From the NCBI GenBank assembly GCA_016783905.1, contig JADHVQ010000001.1:51670-115669 (forward strand): 64,000 nt of DNA, read 5' to 3'. Source of the DNA: Bacteroidales bacterium. Its GTDB lineage: Bacteria; Bacteroidota; Bacteroidia; Bacteroidales; FEN-979. The notes beneath the pieces were generated by a model. That model was not told the origin of the DNA and did not search any database. It was given only the letters and a program-made list of their open reading frames with translations. Shown here one piece after another: positions 36,968-45,017 of the stretch. Every line of letters starts with the position of its first letter. The stretch's first letter is position 1. The position numbers and the translations under genes were made by a program.

Positions 36968-37825
36968 ATGAAAACCCTCGATTATATTCTTTTTCTCGCC
37001 GGATGCCAGTCTGGTGAAGATGATTAAAATTACAACTCCCACCCCACGGTGGTCTGTAGCACATAGTCGTTATCTGATGCGTCCTGCACGGATTGGTTGT
37101 CGTAATTCAGCGTAAAACCGAGGTTGATGAAGAAATCCGGCGAATTTGCCGACATTAACTGGTTTGTCCGCTCCAGTCGGGTCTCTAACTCCAATTGGAG
37201 TAATACGAAGAAACTGGCCAGGATGGATAAAGGATCGAAAACCGAAGGAGAAACGCTGTTCAATTAGCTCTGCAAAACCTGCCATGGCCCTGATGCCAAA
37301 GGGTATCTGGCTATCGGATTGAATAACCCGGATTTCTTCCTTGCAGCCTCATTGGAATATGTTTACTATACCCTGTTCAGAGGACGTATGAACACCGCGA
37401 TGCCTTCGTGGTCGATGCTGAGTGATTGGGAGGTGGCGGATTTGTTGGCGTTCATTAGTAGGATGGGAGATTTGTCAACAAAGCATGAGGCATTAGCCAT
37501 GAGGCATTACCCCTCCCCCGGCCCTACCCTGGGGAGTAAAGAGCGTGGGAAGGAGCTCTTTGGCACCTTGTGTGCCGAGTGTCATCGCACACATGGAACC
37601 GGTCTGAAAGCACCTTCTCTGAACGACCAGGTATTCCTCAATGCGGCTACCAACAGCTTCCTGCTTGCCACCATCACCCTGGGGCGGCCGGGGACAGCTA
37701 TGCCGGTGTGGGTGGATTCGACTGCACACCACAGGGCACTGACAGCTCAGCAGCGGAAAGACTTGGTTGCATTTATCAGGTCATGGCAACTGGTTCATTT
37801 TAAACAGAGTTTCGACTCGCATTGA
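36968..37825 (+). pseudogene. decayed di-haem c-type cytochrome lipoprotein gene (four in-frame stops)
   Basis: One frame carries the lipoprotein signal MKTLDYILFLAGCQ, then stops at 37025 TAA, 37064 TAG, 37103 TAA and 37265 TAG. The last stop interrupts GETLFN*LCKTCHG. A second CAECH haem motif lies downstream. The 3' end overlaps ppc. Confidence 0.6.
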
Positions 37826-40346
37826 TATTCCCATATAAAGATCGTGTCACTATTTTCTCGTATACCTTTTTATTTCTTGTATTCTGACTGATTTTTTGTA
37901 GAGCATACTGCTGGATAACCAATAAGGGTAATACGATTTTCTCCCTGATTTTAATCGATTCCCTGGATATGGGTTCTTCTTCCATCAAAATGCCGAAATC
38001 TGAAATACGTAACAACATCTCCTTAGATAGTTTGTATTCTTCATGAAGTACATTCCAGAAATCTTTGTATTCAATATCTTCTCGCATGTACGCAGTCAAC
38101 TCAAAATTAGATTTGGATAACGACATCATGCTGTTGAGAACAAGGGCTTTAAAGAATGGGATTTCCTCGAACAGGTTCTTTAACTCTTCTAGTTTGCCTT
38201 TTTTTATCAGGGCTTGTATTGCCGTTCCGGTGCCGAAATAACCAGGGACATTTTGTTTCAACTGACTCCATGCACCAACAAAGGAAATAGCCCTCAAGTC
38301 TATCATATCCAGTTTTTTACTGTTGCCTCTTTTGCCGGGTCTACTCCCTATATTAGCCCTGTCATAGTACTTGAGTGTACTTTTGTTTTCAAGATATGGA
38401 ATGAACATTTTATGGATTTTCAGGTCATTATATTTTTCAAAACTAATGGTAGCCAGCTCTTCTATTAATTGCCTTGATTCTGCAGAGATGACATTTCCCT
38501 TCCCTAAAAAATTCCTGGATAATCCTGCTGTAAGAAGTTGCTCACAATTATGAATGAATTGTTCTTTAGTTCCATATTTACTTGTAATCGTTTGCCCCTG
38601 GATGGTCAATTGGATTTCATGATTTGCAATGTCATTGCTTTGTGCGGCGTAGAAGCGATGGGATTTACCACCACCACGGGCAGGAGGTCCGCCTCGTCCA
38701 TCAAAGAAAATGGCCTTGATATTATATTCTTCACAAACGGCAGATAAATTTTCTTTCGTTTTAAATATTGACCAGTTTGCTTTTAAATATCCCCCATCCT
38801 TGGTTCCGTCAGAAAAACCCAACATAATGGTTTGTTTATCGTTACGTTGAAAAATGTGGGATCTGTATTCCGGAAGATCAAATAGCTCTCGCATGGTCGA
38901 CTCAGAACTACTCATACCCTTCATCGTCTCAAAAAGCGGGATAATATCAAAGGTTATTTTTCTATCCTCCCAGCCACACCACCTGAATAAACCATAAACA
39001 AATAGAACTGAAAATACATCCTCAGAATTACTAATAATGTATCGATTACAACCCTCTTCTCCGTTTTTACTTTGAATGGTTTTTAGTTGGGAAATATTCC
39101 TGATCGTATCCTTAATGATCTCTTCCTTAAAGCTGTGCGCATTGGCACGAATATTTTTATGTAGCAGAATATGGATCAATTCATCTTTTCCAAGTTCATT
39201 TAAACTCTCTGAGATAAGCCTTTCTTTTTTAAATATAGCTTCTATCACTTTCTTGTGTATGCAATGGTCCTGCCTGATATCAAGTGTCGCAAAATGTGTC
39301 CTAAATAGTTTGACTTTATCTATAAAATCATCAAGATCTTTCAGATACAGGTTATGGTATTTATCTACTAATAATCTTCTGACAGCATAAAGCGGATTTT
39401 TGATCTCTTCATAGAGAATGAATTTGTCTGGATTAAACATCATATCGTATAACCTGTCTCTAAGATCATTGAGGGTATCTTCTACCTCCCTGAAGGTGAG
39501 TTTTTGTTGTAAACTCTTCACATCATCGTAATAACATTTCATCAACGTCATTCGTAATTCATCTGCCACAGCCATAGTGATTTCGGAGGTAACAAAAGGA
39601 TTACCATCCCTGTCTCCTCCAGGCCAAAATCCCAGCTTAATAATGTTGGGATTATCAAAATCATTATTTCTGATATTCTCTTTGATATAGGAATATAGAT
39701 CGCCTACCGCATGATAGTAAACATCTCTAAGAAAGTAGATAATATTCTTTGCTTCATCAAGGGGTGTAGGTTTTTTTGAGTTAATCAATGAAGTTAATCC
39801 CAGTTGCTGTAACTTCAAGTCTATCTCATCTATTTGGTTACCGGCAATAAGCGATCTCAAAGCAGTGATGATATCTAAAACTGAAGGTGGATAGAACTGT
39901 GTAGGATGAGCTGTAAATACGATTCGAGCACTGAAGGTGGATAATTTCTCTGATATACTGTCCCAACTCTTTTTACTATCTAATAATTGAAAGAAATCTT
40001 TGATAGATAGATTATTGCCAAGTTCCTGAATATTCGTATATGCAGCATCTTCTACACTGTCATAGAGTACAACTTGCCGTTCAACGTACTGAATGACTCT
40101 GAACATGAAATCAATTTTATCTTGTTCCAGCCCAATGTTTGCATTGTTGCGAAAAAAGGAATCAAGAATTTCCTGAGGAGTTTGTCCTGATTCAAGCCCT
40201 TGTTTACATAGATGATAAAGCACCGGAATAAGCATTCCAACCTTACTTTCTCTATTGTACGGCAGGTTTAGGAACAAGCTATTATAAATATCGAACTTGT
40301 TTTTAACCAATTTCCCAAACTCTTCAACTCTTTTTGATTGATACAT
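37800..40346 (-). CDS. ppc: phosphoenolpyruvate carboxylase
   Basis: 848 aa. VFTAHPTQ, GFSDGTKDGGY and FFDGRGGPPARGGG motifs. Much lower GC than the flanks. Confidence 0.9.
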   Translation of the reverse strand: MYQSKRVEEFGKLVKNKFDIYNSLFLNLPYNRESKVGMLIPVLYHLCKQGLESGQTPQEILDSFFRNNANIGLEQDKIDFMFRVIQYVERQVVLYDSVEDAAYTNIQELGNNLSIKDFFQLLDSKKSWDSISEKLSTFSARIVFTAHPTQFYPPSVLDIITALRSLIAGNQIDEIDLKLQQLGLTSLINSKKPTPLDEAKNIIYFLRDVYYHAVGDLYSYIKENIRNNDFDNPNIIKLGFWPGGDRDGNPFVTSEITMAVADELRMTLMKCYYDDVKSLQQKLTFREVEDTLNDLRDRLYDMMFNPDKFILYEEIKNPLYAVRRLLVDKYHNLYLKDLDDFIDKVKLFRTHFATLDIRQDHCIHKKVIEAIFKKERLISESLNELGKDELIHILLHKNIRANAHSFKEEIIKDTIRNISQLKTIQSKNGEEGCNRYIISNSEDVFSVLFVYGLFRWCGWEDRKITFDIIPLFETMKGMSSSESTMRELFDLPEYRSHIFQRNDKQTIMLGFSDGTKDGGYLKANWSIFKTKENLSAVCEEYNIKAIFFDGRGGPPARGGGKSHRFYAAQSNDIANHEIQLTIQGQTITSKYGTKEQFIHNCEQLLTAGLSRNFLGKGNVISAESRQLIEELATISFEKYNDLKIHKMFIPYLENKSTLKYYDRANIGSRPGKRGNSKKLDMIDLRAISFVGAWSQLKQNVPGYFGTGTAIQALIKKGKLEELKNLFEEIPFFKALVLNSMMSLSKSNFELTAYMREDIEYKDFWNVLHEEYKLSKEMLLRISDFGILMEEEPISRESIKIREKIVLPLLVIQQYALQKISQNTRNKKVYEKIVTRSLYGNINASRNSV

Positions 40347-40461
40347 ATATGGTCAGTTCTAATGTTCTTGATTGCCACTTACTATTCTATAAATGCAACA
40401 GATTTATTTAGGCAGAGGATAGTTCCAGGCACGGAACGCGAATGGCAGTTCAGTCCGTGGC

Positions 40462-41862
40462 TCAAATCGTTGAGAGGTACGCATGCATTGACCGGGCGGA
40501 TATTCGTCCGGCGCCCATGGCAAGGATGACGGTGGCTGCTCCGGTAACGATATCGCCTCCAGCCCAGACCCTGTCCAATGAGGTTTTACCGGTGCTTTCA
40601 TCCACCACAATGGTTCCATTTTTGGAAACTTCAAGTTCGGGAGTCGTTTGTGGGATGATGGGATTGGGACTATTCCCGATAGCTACAATGCATGCATCCA
40701 TCGGCATGATAAATTCTGAACCGTCAATCCGGATCGGCCGGCGGCGTCCTGACTGATCAGGTTCACCCAGTTTCATTCTTGAGCACTCGATCTCTTTCAG
40801 CCACCCGTTCTCATCGCCGATCAATTTTTCGGGGAGGGTTAGAAAGTGAAAAATCACCCCCTCCTCTTCCGCATTTTCAAATTCCTCGAGCCGCGCAGGT
40901 AACTCCTGCTGTGATCTCCGGTAGACAATATAGACCTCTTCGGCACCCAACCGGAGTGCAGTCCGGGCACAGTCCATCGCTACGTTCCCCCCTCCTACTA
41001 CAGCGACTCTTTTATGTCTTTTCACCGGTGTATAGGACTTCGGGTATTCAAATCCTCTCATCAGGTTCACCCGTGTAAGGTATTCATTGGCGGAATAAAC
41101 GCCATTCAGGTTCTCACCCGGTATCTCCATGAACCAGGGTAATCCTGCCCCCGTGCCGAGAAATACGGCATCGTACTCTTCCAGTATCTTCTTCAGTGAC
41201 CTGGTCTTTCCGACCACATAATTGCAGACGAGCTTCACACCGAGTTGTTGAAGATAGTTGATCTCTCTGCTCACTACCTTCCCGGGCAGACGAAACTCCG
41301 GGATGCCATAGGTAAGCACCCCCCCGGGCTCGTGCAAGGCCTCGACCATCGTTACATCATGTCCAGCCAGGATCAGATCGCCGGCCACGGTGATTCCGGC
41401 CGGACCGGATCCAATCACCAGCACCTTTTTGCCGGTATTCAGTTTAATCTCCGGCAACTCAATCTTACCCTGTGAGGCTTCCCATTCCGCTGCAAACCGT
41501 TCCAGGCGGCCGATGGCAACCGGTGTCCCTTTCTTCCCCAGGATACATTTGATCTCGCACTGCTCCTCCTGAGGACAAACCCTTCCGCAAACCGCCGGCA
41601 GACAGTTTTTCTCTTTTAAAATCTTGATCGACCCGGAAAAATCCTCAGCAGCAATGCAGCGGATGAAGCCGGGAATGTCAATTTCAACGGGACAGCCATC
41701 GATGCAGACAGGCTTCTTACAATCAATGCATCTCTTTGCCTCTTTCACAGCCATCTCTGGTGTATATCCCAGAGCTACTTCCGCAAAGTTTCTACGCCTG
41801 ATGTAGGGCGGCTGTTTGGGCATTTCAACCCGTTCGAATCTCGAGGTTTTCTTTTCTGCCAT
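40462..41862 (-). CDS. nfnB: GltD-like NADPH-dependent oxidoreductase, NfnB-type large subunit
   Basis: Start trimmed to MAEKKTSRFERVEMPKQPP (ATG 41862, GGAGGA 7 nt upstream). N-terminal 2x[4Fe-4S] Cys motifs (CIDCKKPVCIDGCP, CGRVCPQEEQCE). GSGPAG and GGGNVAMD dinucleotide folds. Confidence 0.85.
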   Translation of the reverse strand: MAEKKTSRFERVEMPKQPPYIRRRNFAEVALGYTPEMAVKEAKRCIDCKKPVCIDGCPVEIDIPGFIRCIAAEDFSGSIKILKEKNCLPAVCGRVCPQEEQCEIKCILGKKGTPVAIGRLERFAAEWEASQGKIELPEIKLNTGKKVLVIGSGPAGITVAGDLILAGHDVTMVEALHEPGGVLTYGIPEFRLPGKVVSREINYLQQLGVKLVCNYVVGKTRSLKKILEEYDAVFLGTGAGLPWFMEIPGENLNGVYSANEYLTRVNLMRGFEYPKSYTPVKRHKRVAVVGGGNVAMDCARTALRLGAEEVYIVYRRSQQELPARLEEFENAEEEGVIFHFLTLPEKLIGDENGWLKEIECSRMKLGEPDQSGRRRPIRIDGSEFIMPMDACIVAIGNSPNPIIPQTTPELEVSKNGTIVVDESTGKTSLDRVWAGGDIVTGAATVILAMGAGRISARSMHAYLSTI

Positions 41863-41863
41863 G

Positions 41864-42694
41864 TTATATTCCTCCACATCCAGAATGATGAACAAGAAAC
41901 GCTTCTTCACCAACATATTGTTGTCTTCTCTTTGCAAGCTCTTCCCAATCGACCAATCTTCCGTCGAACTCGGGACCGTCGACACAGGCAAACTTCATCT
42001 CCCCGTTAACTGTACAGCGGCATACACCACACATCCCTGTTCCGTCGATCATGATCGTATTCAGGGTAACCATCACAGGGACATCGAAATGGGCATACTC
42101 CTGTGTGGTTTTGTACGACAGGGTCATGCATCCGTTAGCAATCACCCGGTTGGGTTTGATCCCTGTCTCCCTGATGATATCATCGCCTTTTTTAATGTGT
42201 CCTTTATAACCGTAACTGCCGTCTCGGGTCAGTTTGATCACCCGATCACTGTATCGTGCCAGTTTCTCTTCCCAGTAAAGCAAATTTTTACTACGCCCCT
42301 CCATGATGGTGATCACCTTATTGCCTTTTTCTTTTAATGCCCTGACGACAGGAAAGATCGATCCCATTCCGAAACAACCGCCGATGCAGATCACGGTCCC
42401 GAAATGGTCTATCTCCGTAGGCTTACCAAGCGGGCCGACAACAGTGGGTATTGCATCCCCCGGTTCCAGCAAAGCCAGTCTACCCGTGGAAGTGCCCACT
42501 TCCATGAAAACAATGGACAATGTTCCCGTTTCATGGTCCCAGTCGGCCGCTGAAAGGGGGATCCGTTCCGAACCTTCCCCGGCATGGACGATTACAAATT
42601 GTCCCGGCTGAATCTCTTCCACCACATCCGGTGCATGAACCACCAGCAGGTGAAGGTTCGGGACGATCATTTTCCGTTCAACAATTTCAAACAT
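41864..42694 (-). CDS. nfnA: PyrK-like FAD/[2Fe-2S] subunit, NfnA-type small subunit
   Basis: 276 aa. Ferredoxin-reductase fold with C-terminal Cys cluster GMCGVCRCTV...FACVDGPEF. Lies 1 nt from nfnB. Confidence 0.85.
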   Translation of the reverse strand: MFEIVERKMIVPNLHLLVVHAPDVVEEIQPGQFVIVHAGEGSERIPLSAADWDHETGTLSIVFMEVGTSTGRLALLEPGDAIPTVVGPLGKPTEIDHFGTVICIGGCFGMGSIFPVVRALKEKGNKVITIMEGRSKNLLYWEEKLARYSDRVIKLTRDGSYGYKGHIKKGDDIIRETGIKPNRVIANGCMTLSYKTTQEYAHFDVPVMVTLNTIMIDGTGMCGVCRCTVNGEMKFACVDGPEFDGRLVDWEELAKRRQQYVGEEAFLVHHSGCGGI

Positions 42695-45017
42695 GATCCC
42701 GCTTTAAGTTTACGTAACAAGGATTACTATCGAATTCCAGTTCACCGTTTATTTTAGATAGATATACATATCCAGGAAGGACGTTTTTACGGATGGCCGC
42801 TTTGAATTTCATCTTCTTCCCCGGAGCATGTAACTGGATAAGTTCCCCGGATTTCAGCTCTAATTTCCCGGCATCATAGGGATTGAGAATGAGATGACCG
42901 GGCAACGTCAGCTCCCCGAGGGCGGGTATCTCCCTTCCAAGGTTCGAATTGCAGAATGCATGTGGATTTTTCTCCTGGATCAGGATATAGGGGAATCTTT
43001 TACCCGGAGAAGATGGCTTTCCCCCGGCAGATGAAACTGGTTTCTTTGAACCCATCACCGGAATGTGGAAGTTATTGGAAAGGGATTCTTTGATCGATTT
43101 CTGTGAAAATCCGCTCCTTTTTATCTTCGCTGAGCCTGCTATGCCTGAGAATATTTCGATATGGGAACGGGCATAACCATGTGGAACTGCAACCGCTTTA
43201 TATTTTTTAATTCTTCCGTTGTCAGTCAAAAGAGAGCCGCCCGTTTCCCCCCATAAAGACGAAGGTAAAATCAGATCCGGATTTAATCCTGCCGGGGATG
43301 GAAATGCGTTCTGATAAATCACATGTTTTACCTTGGGTCTTTTCGTGAATGGGGCATCTCCAACCAAATAGAGCAGGTCGATCTTCCCCTCTTTGATTTG
43401 TTGCAGGATCTCCTCAACCGGTTTCATCCTGATGAGCGATAACATGCCGTAAAGGTTGCCATACGGGTTGGGCATAAAGAGCCCGGATCCGGTGAGGTCG
43501 GCAATCTGCCTGATTTTATCCAGCATCGTGATGCAGCCACTCAACGAGACAATCTGGGGACCCACGACAAGGATGCCGTTCTTTGATTTTTTCATCGATC
43601 CGGCCAGTTCATGGATCTCAGGTGTGTTACACTGGCCGTTTTTCAGACAGGTGATTATGTCGTTCAGATACGCTATCTCCTCACCCGGAGCCGGAACGAA
43701 CCGGTGGCGGGCAAAACGTGAAGTGGTATCCGTGATCCATCCCAGCTGATAATATGGGACACCCTTCTCTGCTGCAGATTTGATTGCAAGTGTCAACGGG
43801 GCATAATTATAATTCCCGTTCAGGTATGCTGAAAAAATGGCACCGGACTGATCCAGGTCCTGCAAAGAGACTGAATCCTGGGCCAGCTTCAGGTATGCCG
43901 TCATTTTTTCATCCAGGCACGATGAAGTAACCACACCGCCCTTTAAGATGTGTTCGCTAAAATATCCTGCTGTGTAAATCTCTTCCAGCGTCAGGGATGG
44001 AGAGATAAATAGGGCCGTACGTTTGGGTGAAATACCCGCTGTAATCTCCCTGGCTTTTTCCATGGCAAAGTCCCATGAAACAATCCCATAGCCTTCAGGA
44101 TACCAGTACTCGGGTTCGAGGATCCGATCTGTTCTGTTAACAAGTTCGCTCAAACAGAAGCGGCCTTTTACACAAAGATCTCCTCCGGATTCATGTGCTT
44201 TGCCCGGTGGGATCGTGCCAACAATCTTATCTTTCAGGGTCAGCACCTGGATGTCGCAATTCAGGCTGCAAAGCGGGCAAACGGAAGGTTCAATCTTTTC
44301 AGGATCCCCCCACCATTTCCTGCTTTTTTCCGACATGGCACCGGTAGGGCAAACGGAAACGCATGCACCACAGAACTCACAGTTCGCGTGGATATGGGTT
44401 TCGTCGAAGGCAGGGCCAATTGCGGTCTGCTTTCCCCGTTGTTTCAGGGAAAGCACGGAGCTCTTTCGGTACTCATTGCAGATCCTTACACACCGGCCGC
44501 AATAGATGCACAGGTTATAATCTCTGTCAAAGAACGGATCATACTTCTCCAGAGGCAGATCCCGGTACAGTCCGGGCAGTGTGAGATCATCGATTCCAAA
44601 TTGTTCTACGATCCTCTGCAGTTCACAGTCGTTATCCTTCGGGCACCATCGGCACCCGGTTGTGATCCCTACTTTTCTGATCGTACCCTGAAAGACTTTA
44701 CACCCTTCAACATCATCACACATCATACAGGCGGCCGGATGTTCGCTTAAGATTAACTGGATCATCTCGCGGCGGATCTCCTGCAACACGTTTGTATCGG
44801 TGCGGACGATCATACCCTCTTCAGCCATGGTGGTGCACGAGGTCGGGTACCCGTCTCTTCCTTCAATTTCGACGACACACAACCGGCACCCTCCATAGGG
44901 CGTCAGTTCCGGATGTGCACAGAGAGAAGGAATGTCGATGCCGTGCTTTGTCGCGACATCAAGTACAGTGGCGGGTTTGCCAATGGTAATTTTCCGGTTG
45001 TCAATGGTCAGGTTCAT
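42687..45017 (-). CDS. NuoG / formate-dehydrogenase-alpha-fold iron-sulfur subunit without recognisable catalytic Cys/Sec-His motif
   Basis: N-terminal 2Fe-2S (CAHPELTPYGGCRLC..SC), HPAACMMCDDVEGC (HxxxCxxCx5C), extra GCRWCPKDNDC, two ferredoxin-type motifs, CPLCSLNCD...C molybdopterin-type 4Fe-4S, and a long Mo-oxidoreductase-like body with a C-terminal barrel. The position of the FdhA C/U-H motif reads VTSSCLDEK. Confidence 0.75.
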   Translation of the reverse strand: MNLTIDNRKITIGKPATVLDVATKHGIDIPSLCAHPELTPYGGCRLCVVEIEGRDGYPTSCTTMAEEGMIVRTDTNVLQEIRREMIQLILSEHPAACMMCDDVEGCKVFQGTIRKVGITTGCRWCPKDNDCELQRIVEQFGIDDLTLPGLYRDLPLEKYDPFFDRDYNLCIYCGRCVRICNEYRKSSVLSLKQRGKQTAIGPAFDETHIHANCEFCGACVSVCPTGAMSEKSRKWWGDPEKIEPSVCPLCSLNCDIQVLTLKDKIVGTIPPGKAHESGGDLCVKGRFCLSELVNRTDRILEPEYWYPEGYGIVSWDFAMEKAREITAGISPKRTALFISPSLTLEEIYTAGYFSEHILKGGVVTSSCLDEKMTAYLKLAQDSVSLQDLDQSGAIFSAYLNGNYNYAPLTLAIKSAAEKGVPYYQLGWITDTTSRFARHRFVPAPGEEIAYLNDIITCLKNGQCNTPEIHELAGSMKKSKNGILVVGPQIVSLSGCITMLDKIRQIADLTGSGLFMPNPYGNLYGMLSLIRMKPVEEILQQIKEGKIDLLYLVGDAPFTKRPKVKHVIYQNAFPSPAGLNPDLILPSSLWGETGGSLLTDNGRIKKYKAVAVPHGYARSHIEIFSGIAGSAKIKRSGFSQKSIKESLSNNFHIPVMGSKKPVSSAGGKPSSPGKRFPYILIQEKNPHAFCNSNLGREIPALGELTLPGHLILNPYDAGKLELKSGELIQLHAPGKKMKFKAAIRKNVLPGYVYLSKINGELEFDSNPCYVNLKRDHV

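Noticed and set aside
37030-37285. Minus-strand ORFs (77 and 71 aa) whose end ..TTVGWEL looked like an outer-membrane beta-barrel C-terminus.
   Set aside because: The plus strand of the same stretch reads GSKTEGETLFN-stop-LCKTCHG, a clear cytochrome c haem-binding context, so the minus-strand ORFs are most likely spurious.
36968-37825. Possibility that the four in-frame stops reflect stop-codon reassignment or programmed readthrough.
   Set aside because: TAA, TAG and TGA all terminate highly conserved genes in this window at the expected positions (TAG for rplT, TAA for thrS, TGA for folD and infC). Pseudogenisation is the simpler explanation.
37795-40415. Calling the low-GC ppc segment a mobile element or genomic island.
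   Set aside because: No integrase, transposase, tRNA target or flanking direct repeats are visible. Only the compositional anomaly is reported.
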